This document shows positions 41,424 through 53,799 of a DNA stretch of 64,000 nt, in pieces. The translations under genes and the position numbers were made by a program. The stretch is taken from assembly GCA_965200895.1 (NCBI GenBank), contig CBDAVM010000001.1:2066287-2130286 (forward strand). Direction: 5' to 3'. Numbering within the stretch: position 1 is the first letter of the stretch; each line of letters starts with the position of its first letter. Origin of the DNA: Vicinamibacterales bacterium (GTDB taxonomy: Bacteria; Acidobacteriota; Vicinamibacteria; Vicinamibacterales; UBA8438). Under the pieces are notes generated by a model, which saw only the letters and a list, made by a program, of their open reading frames with translations, did no database searches and was not told the DNA's origin.

Positions 41424-41424
41424 T

Positions 41425-44161
<2,737 letters not shown>

Positions 44162-44169
44162 GGGACGTC

Positions 44170-45729
44170 ATGAAGCAGAACCTGCAGTGGAAACTGCTCG
44201 GAATCGTGGCGGTTACCGCGCTTGCGGTCTGGGGGGTCTACCCGCCGGCCGACCAGATCCGGCTCGGCCTCGACCTGAGCGGCGGCGCGCACCTCGTGCT
44301 GCGGGTGGAGACCGGCGACGCGCTGCAGGTGGAGACCGAGACGGCCGCCGAGCAGCTCGACGAACAGATGTCCCTCCAGGGGATGGAGGCGGCGACCGTG
44401 ATTCCGAGCGACGCCACCACGATCCGGGTCGAGGGGATCGCGGGTGAGCGCGACGCCGCATTCCGCCAGTTGTCGGACGAGCGGCTGGCCGCGTCCTACG
44501 ACCGCGAGCCGGGTGCGGGAGGGACCTACACGTTTCGCATGCGAGGGCCCGTGGCCTCGTCCCTGCGGGAGGAGGCGGTGCGCCAGGCGCTCCAGACCAT
44601 CGAGCGGCGGGTCAACGAGCTGGGCGTGTCCGAACCGATCGTGGCCCCGCACGGGATCGGGGGCGACCAGATTCTCGTCCAGCTTCCCGGAGTCTCCGAC
44701 GTGGCGCGCGCGAAGGCGCTGATCCGCTCGACATCGCTCCTCGAGCTGAAGCTCGTCGAGGAAGGACCCGCGGTGAGCCGCGAGGCGCTGTTGCAGACGA
44801 GGAACGGGGTGGTGCCGCCGGACATGGAGGTCGTGACCCAGCCGGGAGGAGCGACCGGCGGATCGATCGAGCCGGCCTATTACCTGGTGCGTCGCGTGGC
44901 CGCGGTGACGGGCCGCGATCTGCGCAACGCGCGCCCGTCGCTCGACGAGTTCAACCAGCCGGCGGTGAGCTTCACTCTCAATCGCGAGGGCGCCGGCAAG
45001 ATGGGCGACATCACCAGCGCCAACATCGGCCGCGGGCTGGCGATCATCCTCGACGGGCAGGTGCGGTCGGCGCCGACCATCCAGGGCAGAATCACCGACA
45101 GCGGCCAGATCACGGGCGTCTCCCAGCAGGAGGCCGAGGACCTGCAGATCACGTTGCGGTCCGGCGCCCTGCCGGCGTCGCTGACCTACCTGGAGGAACG
45201 GACCGTCGGTCCGACGCTCGGCGCCGATTCGATTCGCGCCGGGGTCGCCGCTTCCATCGCCGGGCTCGTGCTGGTGGCGATCTTCATGCTGGGGTACTAC
45301 AAGCTGGCCGGCATCAACGCGGTGGTCGCGGTGGTGCTGAACCTGCTGATTCTGATGGCCTGCATGGCCTACATCGAGGCGGTGCTGACGCTGCCGGGCA
45401 TCGCGGGTCTCATTCTGACCATCGGTATCGGCGTCGACTCCAACGTGCTGATCTTCGAACGCATCAAGGAGGAGCTGCGCTCGGCCAAGAGCGTGCGGTC
45501 GGCGGTGGCGGCCGGTTTCGACCGTGTGCTGCTGACGATCATCGACACCCATGTCGCGTCGCTGATTGCGGCGGCCTTCCTGTTCCAGTTCGGTTCCGGC
45601 CCCATCAAGGGGTTCGCGACCACGTTGTTCTTCGGTCTCGTGTCGAACGTGTTCACGGCAGTCTTCGTTTCCCGGTCGCTGTTCGAGACCGTACTGTCGC
45701 GTCGCCGCGTCGCGACGCTGAGCATCTGA
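44170..45729 (+). CDS. secD: protein translocase subunit SecD
   Basis: ATG 44170 in ORF 43690..45729. Motifs: LGLDLSGG, LGVSEP, GPTLGADSI, GIGVDSNVLIFERIKEE. Confidence 0.95.
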   Translation: MKQNLQWKLLGIVAVTALAVWGVYPPADQIRLGLDLSGGAHLVLRVETGDALQVETETAAEQLDEQMSLQGMEAATVIPSDATTIRVEGIAGERDAAFRQLSDERLAASYDREPGAGGTYTFRMRGPVASSLREEAVRQALQTIERRVNELGVSEPIVAPHGIGGDQILVQLPGVSDVARAKALIRSTSLLELKLVEEGPAVSREALLQTRNGVVPPDMEVVTQPGGATGGSIEPAYYLVRRVAAVTGRDLRNARPSLDEFNQPAVSFTLNREGAGKMGDITSANIGRGLAIILDGQVRSAPTIQGRITDSGQITGVSQQEAEDLQITLRSGALPASLTYLEERTVGPTLGADSIRAGVAASIAGLVLVAIFMLGYYKLAGINAVVAVVLNLLILMACMAYIEAVLTLPGIAGLILTIGIGVDSNVLIFERIKEELRSAKSVRSAVAAGFDRVLLTIIDTHVASLIAAAFLFQFGSGPIKGFATTLFFGLVSNVFTAVFVSRSLFETVLSRRRVATLSI

Positions 45730-45730
45730 G

Positions 45731-46729
45731 ATGGCGTTTTTCAAGCAGCCGCGCATCGATTTTGTGGCCCGCCGCTGGCAGGCGTTCGGCCTGTCGGCGC
45801 TGGTCGTGGCGGCGGGCATCGTGGTGCTGGTCATGCGCGGCGGGCTGCCGCTGGGGATCGACTTCTCCGGCGGTTCGCTGATCGTGCTGCAGTTCGGGCA
45901 GCCGACCGGGGAGGGAGCCGTCCGCGACGCCCTCGCCAGCGTGGAGGAGAAGGTCGTCCAGCAGTACGGCGACCCGGACGCCAACGAGGTCCTGGTCCGC
46001 CTTCCGCTGGCCGGTCCGGAAGTGGGCACGAGCCTGGAGGCCGGCGCGAACGAGGTCATCGACGCGCTGCGCGCCAGCAGTCTCGGCGAATTCGAGGTCA
46101 TCAGCCAGGAGCTGGTTGGTCCCGTCATCGGCGAGGAGCTGCAGCGCCGCGGCGTCAACGCGTTCGTCTTCGCGATGGCGGGCATCCTCGTCTACATCGG
46201 CCTGCGGTTTCGCTTCAGCTTCGCGGTCGGCGCCATCGTCGCCGTGGTTCACGACATCGCCGTGACGCTCTCGCTGCTGACGTTCTTCGGCTACGAGCTG
46301 TCGCTCAACGTCGTCGCCGCCATGCTCACCATCACCGGCTATTCGGTCAACGACTCGATCGTCGTCTTCGACCGCGTGCGGGAGAACCTGCGGATGATGC
46401 GGCGGGACACCTTCGCCCGGCTCGTGAACACCAGCATCAACCAGACGTTGGCGCGCACCGTAATCACGTCGTGCACGACGGGAGTCGCGGTTCTGGCGCT
46501 GTTCGTGCTGGGTGGCGAGGTGCTGCGCGGTTTCGCGTTCACCATGCTGGTCGGTGTCTTCAGCGGCACCTACTCGACGATTTTCGTGGCGGCGATGATT
46601 GCGATCGCCATTACGGAACGGCGTAGCGCCAGGGTGCAGCGGGCGGTGAAGGCGGTGGCGGAGGAAACGCCGCCGCAGGCGCCGCCCCAGCGCTCCCGGC
46701 GGCGCTCCCGGCGGGCGCGGGCGTCCTGA
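45731..46729 (+). CDS. secF: protein translocase subunit SecF
   Basis: Motifs GIDFSGG, VGPVIGEEL, TITGYSVNDSIVVFDRVREN. Confidence 0.95.
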   Translation: MAFFKQPRIDFVARRWQAFGLSALVVAAGIVVLVMRGGLPLGIDFSGGSLIVLQFGQPTGEGAVRDALASVEEKVVQQYGDPDANEVLVRLPLAGPEVGTSLEAGANEVIDALRASSLGEFEVISQELVGPVIGEELQRRGVNAFVFAMAGILVYIGLRFRFSFAVGAIVAVVHDIAVTLSLLTFFGYELSLNVVAAMLTITGYSVNDSIVVFDRVRENLRMMRRDTFARLVNTSINQTLARTVITSCTTGVAVLALFVLGGEVLRGFAFTMLVGVFSGTYSTIFVAAMIAIAITERRSARVQRAVKAVAEETPPQAPPQRSRRRSRRARAS

Positions 46730-46764
46730 GCAGGGGGCGGCGTGCAGCAGACTGTTGGAGAGGG

Positions 46765-47622
46765 TTGGTTGGGTTCAAGCCGGATGTTCCGCTGCTCGGC
46801 CCCGTGAACGCACTGGAAGCCGCGTTGCTCGGCACGCTGCAGGGGCTGACCGAGTTCCTGCCGCTATCGAGTTCAGCGCATCTGCTGATCGCTCGGGCCT
46901 TCTTCGGTTGGGACACGGAGGCCAGGTTCGGCTTGGCGTTCGATGTGGCGTGCCATCTCGGCACGTTGCTTGCTGTCGTGGCCTACTATCGCCGCGACGT
47001 GGCGGAGTTGGCGCGGACTGCCGTGGTTCCGCGTACGTGGCTCGGGGGACCGGGGAGGTCGGCAGCACTCGTGCGTTCGATTGCAGTCGGGACCATTCCG
47101 ATTGGCGTTGTCGGCGTTGTTGCGGGCGATTTCCTGACCGGCGCGTTGCGCACCGTGACGGTCGCGGGCGCAAGCCTCGTGGTGGGCGCCGTTCTCATGC
47201 TGGCGGCCGAGCGTGTCGGCTCGCGGAAGCGCGACGAGACGGCGCTGAGCCCGTGGGAGGCGTTGGGACTCGGCTTTGCCCAGGCGTCGGCCCTCATCCC
47301 GGGTGTATCGAGGTCGGGCGCCGTGCTGGTCGTCGCGATGTTCCTCGGTGTGCGCCGCGAGCGCGCGGCGCGGTTCGCCTTCCTGCTCGGCATGCCGACG
47401 ATTCTGGCCGCGGGCGGGAAGGCGTTGTTCGACCTTGCGGCACAGGGAATACCGTCCGCCGATCTGGCGCTTCTCGCCGTGGGTGCGGTTTCGTCGGCGG
47501 GAGTCGGATACGGCGCGGTGAAGTACTTCATGCGCTACGTTTCGCGTCATTCGCTCGACCCGTTCGCCGCCTACCGCGTCGTACTCGGGGCCGCGGCCCT
47601 GGCATGGGCGGCTGCTTCGTGA
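46765..47622 (+). CDS. uppP: undecaprenyl-diphosphate phosphatase
   Basis: Motifs QGLTEFLPLSSSAHL, PGVSRSG, and 7-8 TM segments. The start is uncertain (TTG 46765 or GTG 46804). Confidence 0.9.
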   Translation: MVGFKPDVPLLGPVNALEAALLGTLQGLTEFLPLSSSAHLLIARAFFGWDTEARFGLAFDVACHLGTLLAVVAYYRRDVAELARTAVVPRTWLGGPGRSAALVRSIAVGTIPIGVVGVVAGDFLTGALRTVTVAGASLVVGAVLMLAAERVGSRKRDETALSPWEALGLGFAQASALIPGVSRSGAVLVVAMFLGVRRERAARFAFLLGMPTILAAGGKALFDLAAQGIPSADLALLAVGAVSSAGVGYGAVKYFMRYVSRHSLDPFAAYRVVLGAAALAWAAAS

Positions 47623-47636
47623 CCGGACGCAGACCG

Positions 47637-48242
47637 ATGCAGTGGCTGCGACGCAATCTGATCGCCGGGTTCGTCGTGATCGTGCCGCTGGTGATCAGCG
47701 TGGCGGCGTTCGTCTGGCTGTTTCAGTTCATCGACGGTGTGATGGGGCCGGTGTACGTGCGGTGGATCGGGCGTGAGATCCCCGGGTTCGGGCTCGCGAC
47801 GCTCCTTCTGCTCGTGGTGTCGGTGGGGACGTTCGCGACCAACGTGCTCGGCGCCCGGCTTCTCCGACGGGGTGAGGCCTGGCTGATGAAGCTGCCGGTG
47901 TTCCGCGGCATCTACGCGCCGGTCAAGCAGCTCGTGGAGGCCTTCTCGCCGGACAACCAGCTCAGCTTCAAGCGGGTCGTGCTCGTCGACGACCCCAGGC
48001 GCGGCCTGGTGCTGGGTTTCCTGACCAAGGAGTTCACGATCGAGGGACAGGAAGACGCGGGAGTGCACGTCGCCGTATACGTGCCCACCAACCACGTCTA
48101 CTTCGGGGACGTTCACATCTATCCGCGCAAGGTCGTGTCCTTTCCGTCGCTGACCGTGCAGGAAGGGCTGCAGGTGTTCCTCACCGGCGGCATGGCGCTG
48201 GCCGAGCGCCTTGAGATCGAGGAGGAACGGCGGCAGGGTTGA
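47637..48242 (+). CDS. DUF502-family membrane protein
   Basis: ATG 47637 in ORF 46755..48242. Two N-terminal TM helices, then IPVFRGIY..VKQ and VPTNHVYFGD-type motifs. Confidence 0.8.
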   Translation: MQWLRRNLIAGFVVIVPLVISVAAFVWLFQFIDGVMGPVYVRWIGREIPGFGLATLLLLVVSVGTFATNVLGARLLRRGEAWLMKLPVFRGIYAPVKQLVEAFSPDNQLSFKRVVLVDDPRRGLVLGFLTKEFTIEGQEDAGVHVAVYVPTNHVYFGDVHIYPRKVVSFPSLTVQEGLQVFLTGGMALAERLEIEEERRQG

Positions 48243-48311
48243 ACTGCGGGCCCGCCAGGTCGACGGTTCTGAACGGTGGTCGACAAGCGCCACCATGCTG
48301 TAGAGGGGTGA

Positions 48312-50420
48312 ATGGAGCAGCAACTGTACTATGTGCTCGGGTTCGGGATGCCGGTCGCGGCGGCGGCCTTCGCGTTCTTTCTGATCAACCGGATCAACGC
48401 TCACGAGCCGGGGACCGAGCGGATGCAGCGTATCGCCGCGCTGATCCGCAGCGGCGCCATGGCGTTCCTGAAGACGGAGTACACCGTGCTGGCCGCCTTC
48501 GTCAGCGTCATGTTCATCGTGCTCGTGACGTTGCTGCCGGGCGACTCGCTGTTGACCGGGGTCGCTTTCCTGGCCGGCGCGGTGCTGTCGGCCACCGCCG
48601 GGTGGATCGGCATGCGTACGGCCACCGGCGCGGCGGTGCGGACCACGCACGCGGCGACGACGAGTCTCTCCAGTGCGCTGGGGGTCGCCTTCTCGAGCGG
48701 GGCGGTGATGGGCCTGACCGTCGTCGCGCTCGGCACGCTCGGCATCGCTCTTCTCTACTACCTGTACGGAGGGCTGAGCGGTGCGGGGAGGAGCGCGGTC
48801 GAGTCGCTGTTCGGCTTTTCCCTGGGCGCGTCTTCGATCGCGCTGTTCGCCCGTGTCGGCGGCGGCATCTATACGAAGGCGGCGGACGTGGCCGGCGACC
48901 TGTCCGGCAAGGTGGAGGCGGGAATTCCGGAGGACGACCCGCGCAACCCGGCCACGATCGCCGACAACGTGGGCGACAACGTGGGTGACGTCGCCGGCAT
49001 GGGGGCTGACCTGTTCGAGTCGTACGTCGGCAGCATCATCTCCTCCATCGCGCTCGCCTGGGCGCTGACCGCGCCGGCGGCCAACGCGTTGTGGGGCGTG
49101 GACGAGACGGCGTTCGGCGAGCTGCAGGCGGCGCTGGTGGTCTTTCCGATTCTCCTGGCCGGCGTCGGCATCCTTTCCTCGATGCTCGGCACGTTCGCCG
49201 TGAACACCGACGACGAGGCGAGGATCGGCAGCGCCCTCGAGCGCGGTCTGCTCGTCGCGTCGGTGCTCGTGTTCGCCGGGGCCGGGGGGCTCGTGGCGGT
49301 GCTCGCCCTCCCGTTGCCGGTGCTCTGGTGCGTCGTGGCCGGCGTGGTCGCCGGCGTGGCGATCGGCCGCGTCACCGAGTACTACACCGGGAAGGACAAG
49401 CCGCCGGCCCACCGCATCGCGCAGCAGTCCGAGACGGGGCCGGCCACCAACATCATTGCCGGTCTCGGCGTGGGGATGATGTCGTGCGCGATCCCCATCC
49501 TGATCATCTGCCTGGCGATCTACCTGAGCTTCTCGCTTGCGGAGCTCTACGGGATCGCGATAGCCGCGGTCGGGATGCTCTCGACGCTGGGGATCAGCCT
49601 CGGCGTCGACGCCTACGGACCGGTCGCCGACAACGCGGGGGGGATCGCCGAGATGAGCGGTCGCGAAGCGTTCGTGCGCGAGCGCACTGACGCTCTCGAC
49701 GCGGTCGGCAACACGACGGCGGCGATGGGCAAGGGATTCGCCATCGGATCGGCGGCCCTGACCGCGCTCGCCCTGTTCAGCACGTTCCGGGCGACGGCCG
49801 ACGCCGCGGTCGCCGAGGCGGGCGGTGCGGCCGCCTTCGAGCCGCGCCTGCTGAGCCTCGCGCTCGACAACCCGAACGTCCTGCTCGGCATGCTGCTGGG
49901 CGGCATGCTGCCGTTCCTGTTCTCGGCCCTGACGATGAACGCGGTGGGCCGGTCGGCCAACGACATGATCGAGGAGGTCCGCCGGCAGTTCCGCGAGATC
50001 AAGGGGCTTCTCGAGGGCGAGGCGGAGCCCGACTCGGCGCGCTGCGTGGAGATCTCGACCCGCTCGGCGATTCGCGAGATGGTGGCTCCCGGTCTGATCG
50101 CCGTGCTGGCGCCGGTGCTGACCGGCTTCCTGCTCGGCGTGTCGGGGCTCGGGGGGCTGCTGGCCGGCGCGCTCGTCACCGGCGTGCTGATGGCCCTGAT
50201 GATGGCGAATGCAGGCGGCGTCTGGGACAATGCCAAGAAATACATCGAGGAGGGGCACCACGGCGGGAAGGGGTCGGAGCCGCACAAGGCGGCGGTCATC
50301 GGCGACACGGTCGGCGACCCGTTCAAGGACACGTCGGGGCCGAGTCTGAACATTCTCATCAAGCTGATGACCATCGTCGCCGTCATCTTCGCGCCGCTCG
50401 TGGTCCTGTGGATGCAGTAG
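48312..50420 (+). CDS. hppA: membrane-bound proton/sodium-translocating pyrophosphatase
   Basis: 702 aa and polytopic. Motifs: [53 protein letters not shown]. Confidence 0.95.
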   Translation: MEQQLYYVLGFGMPVAAAAFAFFLINRINAHEPGTERMQRIAALIRSGAMAFLKTEYTVLAAFVSVMFIVLVTLLPGDSLLTGVAFLAGAVLSATAGWIGMRTATGAAVRTTHAATTSLSSALGVAFSSGAVMGLTVVALGTLGIALLYYLYGGLSGAGRSAVESLFGFSLGASSIALFARVGGGIYTKAADVAGDLSGKVEAGIPEDDPRNPATIADNVGDNVGDVAGMGADLFESYVGSIISSIALAWALTAPAANALWGVDETAFGELQAALVVFPILLAGVGILSSMLGTFAVNTDDEARIGSALERGLLVASVLVFAGAGGLVAVLALPLPVLWCVVAGVVAGVAIGRVTEYYTGKDKPPAHRIAQQSETGPATNIIAGLGVGMMSCAIPILIICLAIYLSFSLAELYGIAIAAVGMLSTLGISLGVDAYGPVADNAGGIAEMSGREAFVRERTDALDAVGNTTAAMGKGFAIGSAALTALALFSTFRATADAAVAEAGGAAAFEPRLLSLALDNPNVLLGMLLGGMLPFLFSALTMNAVGRSANDMIEEVRRQFREIKGLLEGEAEPDSARCVEISTRSAIREMVAPGLIAVLAPVLTGFLLGVSGLGGLLAGALVTGVLMALMMANAGGVWDNAKKYIEEGHHGGKGSEPHKAAVIGDTVGDPFKDTSGPSLNILIKLMTIVAVIFAPLVVLWMQ

Positions 50421-50425
50421 GAGAG

Positions 50426-50454
50426 TTGACGCCCTGTTGCCGGACGGTTAAGAT
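50426..50454 (+). promoter_or_regulatory. possible distal sigma70-type promoter
   Basis: TTGACG (50426-50431), a 17-nt spacer, then TAAGAT (50449-50454). It sits directly after the hppA stop. Confidence 0.3.
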
Positions 50455-50603
50455 GCCGCACCTTTGCGCAGCGCCGCAGGCGATCGATGGTCGGCGGCCG
50501 CCGGGATCTGCCGGCATGGTGTCGGGGGGGAGGGCTCGCTGGCTGGTCCGATTTCGCGCATTCGGTGTCTAACATCCTGTGAGCGGGGATGTGGTTCGGC
50601 TCG

Positions 50604-50631
50604 TTGACACGGAGTAGCGGCCTGCTATAAT
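50604..50631 (+). promoter_or_regulatory. consensus sigma70-type promoter for tonB-exbB-exbD-exbD
   Basis: TTGACA (50604-50609), a 16-nt spacer, then TATAAT (50626-50631), about 50 nt upstream of GTG 50681. Confidence 0.55.
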
Positions 50632-50680
50632 CGGCGCCTTCGACCCGGCGTCCGAACATCGGCGGGCCAGGAGGCGTGCT

Positions 50681-51448
50681 GTGGCTGACACGAAAAAGAA
50701 GAGCAACCCGGCGAGGGGGGCACCGGCTCCGAAGGTCGCGCCAGCGATGTTCGGGGAGATCGCGAACCCGTCCATCCAGGTCGGCGCGCGCAAGTGGTAC
50801 ACGTTGCCACTGTCGATCATCGCGCACGTGGTTGCGATTGGCGCAGCCGTCATCGTGCCGCTGATGGCCATGGACGCGCTGCCGACGCCCGCGTCGATGA
50901 TGGCGTTCGTCGCGGCGCCTCCGCCTCCGCCTCCGCCTCCGCCTCCGCCTCCGCCTCCGGCTGCGGCCGAGGCGGCGCCGCCGCCGGTGCTCGACGTGAA
51001 TCCGAACGCCGCCCCGATCGTCGCACCGGAGCAGATCGTCGAGGAAACCGGTTTCGACATCAACCGGGTGCAAGGTGTCGAGGGCGGCGTCGCGGGCGGT
51101 GTCGTGGCCGGCATCGTCGGTGGCCTGCCGACGGCGCCTCCGCCTCCGCCGCCGCCGCCGGAGCCGGTTCGCGTCGGCGGCAACATCAGCCCGCCGACGA
51201 AGATCAGGGACGTTCCACCGGTCTATCCGCCCGTCGCGCAGCAGGCGCGCGTGCAGGGCGTCGTGATTCTCGAAGCGGTGATCGGCCCGACGGGAGCGGT
51301 TACCGATGTCAAGGTGCTCCGTTCCGTGCCGTTGCTCGACGAAGCGGCGATCACGGCCGTCAGACAGTGGCAGTACACGCCGACACTGCTGAACGGCGTG
51401 CCGGTCCCGGTCATCATGACCGTGACGGTCAACTTCCAGTTGTCGTAA
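50681..51448 (+). CDS. tonB: energy transducer TonB
   Basis: One N-terminal TM helix, two poly-Pro spacers, and a C-terminal TonB_C domain ([37 protein letters not shown]...[13 protein letters not shown]). Confidence 0.85.
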   Translation: MADTKKKSNPARGAPAPKVAPAMFGEIANPSIQVGARKWYTLPLSIIAHVVAIGAAVIVPLMAMDALPTPASMMAFVAAPPPPPPPPPPPPPPAAAEAAPPPVLDVNPNAAPIVAPEQIVEETGFDINRVQGVEGGVAGGVVAGIVGGLPTAPPPPPPPPEPVRVGGNISPPTKIRDVPPVYPPVAQQARVQGVVILEAVIGPTGAVTDVKVLRSVPLLDEAAITAVRQWQYTPTLLNGVPVPVIMTVTVNFQLS

Positions 51449-51524
51449 ACGTGGATGTCGGGGATTTCTGAAGGGCGCTCATCGAGGAGAGGGTGGCCAG
51501 ACGTCTCGTTGCAGGGGGGAAAAG

Positions 51525-52193
51525 ATGGACTTTCTTGAGTTGTGGGAGCAGATGGGCATAGCCGTCAAGATTCTGATGGGTGTGCTGGTGGTCATGTCGA
51601 TGGCGTCGGTCGGCGTCTTCTTCGAGCGGTTGTTCACCTTCATCCAGGCAACGAACCAGTCGAAGCTGTTCGCGCCGCAGGTGGCGAAGCATCTCAAGGA
51701 CGGGAAGCTCAAGGAAGCCATCAGCGTCTCGCAGTCCAAGGACTACAGGTACAGCCACCTCGGCAAGGTCGTTCTCGCCGGGTTGCAGGAGTACCAGTTC
51801 CAGCAGGACAGCGGCGTCGCCCTCAACAAGGACGACGTGGTCGACAGCGTCCACCGCGCGATTCAGCGTGCGGCCGCGCTCACCTCGTCCGATCTCAAGC
51901 GGGGCATGGGCATTCTGGCGACCATCGGCTCCACCGCCGTGTTCGTCGGCCTGCTCGCGACGACCCTGGGCGTCATCAATGCGTTTCAGGGCATCGCGGC
52001 CACCGGGTCCGGCGGTCTGGGCGCGGTGTCGGGTGGTATCTCCGAGGCGCTGGTCGGTACCGCGATCGGCCTCTTCGTGGCGATTCCGGCAGTCTGGTTC
52101 TTCAACTACCTGACCGGCCGGCTCGAGTACTTCGCCGTCGAGATGGACAACTCGTCATCGGAGCTCGTCGACTACTTCATCAAGAAGTCGTAG
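51525..52193 (+). CDS. exbB: MotA/TolQ/ExbB proton-channel protein
   Basis: Three TM segments and the motif LATIGSTAVFVGLLATTLGVINAF...EALVGTAIGL. Confidence 0.9.
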   Translation: MDFLELWEQMGIAVKILMGVLVVMSMASVGVFFERLFTFIQATNQSKLFAPQVAKHLKDGKLKEAISVSQSKDYRYSHLGKVVLAGLQEYQFQQDSGVALNKDDVVDSVHRAIQRAAALTSSDLKRGMGILATIGSTAVFVGLLATTLGVINAFQGIAATGSGGLGAVSGGISEALVGTAIGLFVAIPAVWFFNYLTGRLEYFAVEMDNSSSELVDYFIKKS

Positions 52194-52275
52194 TCGGGTT
52201 TGCCTTTCGTGGATCGGAATCGCCGCCGGGTGCGACGACGCCACCCGGCGGCATCTCTGTAAGGAGAGTTTCATC

Positions 52276-52710
52276 ATGGGAATGTCAGTCGGCGACAAGA
52301 GTGATGGCCTGAACTCCGAAATCAACATCACGCCGCTGGCCGACGTGATGCTGGTTCTGCTCATCATCGTCATGCTCATCGCGCCCCTGTTGACGGCGGG
52401 CGTGACGCTGACCCTGCCGGAGGCCTCCAACACGGGCGACAAGCCGGACAATGACAACAACACCACCGTAGCGGTAACCGCGGATGGCCGGTACTTCGTG
52501 GACAACGTCCAGACGACGCAGCAGGATCTTCTGGCGTCGATCAACAACGCGCTGGATCGCAAGCTGGAACGGATTCTGCTCGTGAAGGCTGACGTCAACG
52601 CACAGTACTCGTCAGTGATGGAGTTGATGGACCAGTTGCAGCGGGCCGGCATCGAGAACGTCGGGCTCATCACGGAGCGCGAGCTCGCTGCCGCCGGGGG
52701 AGGCGAATAG
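52276..52710 (+). CDS. exbD: ExbD/TolR biopolymer transport protein (copy 1)
   Basis: Motif EINITPLADVMLVLLIIVML, followed by a periplasmic domain. Confidence 0.9.
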   Translation: MGMSVGDKSDGLNSEINITPLADVMLVLLIIVMLIAPLLTAGVTLTLPEASNTGDKPDNDNNTTVAVTADGRYFVDNVQTTQQDLLASINNALDRKLERILLVKADVNAQYSSVMELMDQLQRAGIENVGLITERELAAAGGGE

Positions 52711-52713
52711 GGC

Positions 52714-53181
52714 ATGGCTCACAAGAAGCATCACGGTGCGGACTCCGTCCAGGAGGCGTCGAAGCCTCATGCAAACTCCGAGATCAACATCACGCCGTTC
52801 ATCGACGTGCTGCTGGTGCTGATCGTCATCTTCCTGGCGGCCCTCCCGCTCGGACAGCGGGGATTGGACATCAACCTGCCGCTCGAGACCCAGGGCGCGC
52901 AGCAGGCGAATACCGACAGCAGCCAGATCCTGCTCGAGTACACGGCGGATCGGCGCATTTCCGTCAACCAGCAACCGATGAACATCGCGACGCTGGAGTC
53001 CGAACTGCGGCAGATCTTCGAGACCCGTCGTGAGAAGACGATGTTCATCGCCGGGGCCGGCTCGTTGACCTACGGTGAGATCATCGACGTGATCGACGCG
53101 GCCAGAGGCGCTGGCGTCGACAAGGTCGGGATCGTCACCGAGGGCATGCGGCGCGCCGCCGGCGCACAGCCCATCGGCTAG
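52714..53181 (+). CDS. exbD: ExbD/TolR biopolymer transport protein (copy 2)
   Basis: Motif EINITPFIDVLLVLIVIFL. It ends ...GEIIDVIDAARGAGVDKVGIVT. Confidence 0.9.
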   Translation: MAHKKHHGADSVQEASKPHANSEINITPFIDVLLVLIVIFLAALPLGQRGLDINLPLETQGAQQANTDSSQILLEYTADRRISVNQQPMNIATLESELRQIFETRREKTMFIAGAGSLTYGEIIDVIDAARGAGVDKVGIVTEGMRRAAGAQPIG

Positions 53182-53227
53182 CCGCTCGGGTTTTTTCTTC
53201 ACCTTTCGGCGACGGAAGGATAAGAGC

Positions 53228-53267
53228 AGAGCCGGAACCACCTGTTGGTGGTTCCGGCTCTTTTTTT
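53228..53267 (+). terminator. rho-independent terminator of the tonB-exbBDD operon
   Basis: Perfect 15-bp stem AGAGCCGGAACCACC / GGTGGTTCCGGCTCT, loop TGTT, then TTTTTTT. Confidence 0.85.
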
Positions 53268-53710
53268 GCTCCACCTGCGGTTCTTTCGTTCCAGCCCCCA
53301 GGCGCCCTGCCAGCCCCCAGGCGCCCTGGGCGCCGCCCGTTTCACACAAAGTTTCCGGCCGCCCCCGATAGAACCGGACGGTGAAAACGAGGGGGGGACT
53401 CCCGGCCCGCAGCAGCCGGCGCCCCCGGCCCGCAGCCGGCGCCATCTCCGGTCCCCCTGGTCGAAATGCGGGCGTCGCGAGAGCGGCGACGCACCTGCCC
53501 GGCAGCGCGCGACGGAACGGGACCAATTATCGGGTCCGGATTTGCGGGACAACGGCGGTCAGGATGCGTCGCCGCAAACACAGTCTGTGCCGAGTCCCGT
53601 CGGGGCTGGCCCCCGGGGACTACCGCCGGCCGAGAGGATGGGGTCGGCGGCCGGGATGCGATGCACAACTTGCCACCCCCGGGGCCATTCATGGCGTTGG
53701 CTTCGTGGCA

Positions 53711-53755
53711 ACAAAAGAAAAGGGCCGGCCACCACAATGGACGTGGCGGTCGGCC
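53711..53755 (-). terminator. rho-independent terminator of 53800..54780
   Basis: On the minus strand, a 13-bp stem (GGCCGACCGCCAC / GTGGTGGCCGGCC, one mismatch and one G-U) is followed by CTTTTCTTTTGT. It lies 45 nt after the stop. Confidence 0.6.
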
Positions 53756-53799
53756 CTCGCGTGAAATGGAGTCCGAGGTCGTTCGGACGGACGGGGGTA

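Noticed and set aside
53393-53407. Motif GGGGGACTCCCGG shared between the 53.4-kb gap and the dksA upstream region (58614-58626).
   Set aside because: A 13-mer match is expected many times by chance in 64 kb of this composition on both strands (rough estimate from base frequencies, not a computed statistic). The flanks do not align.
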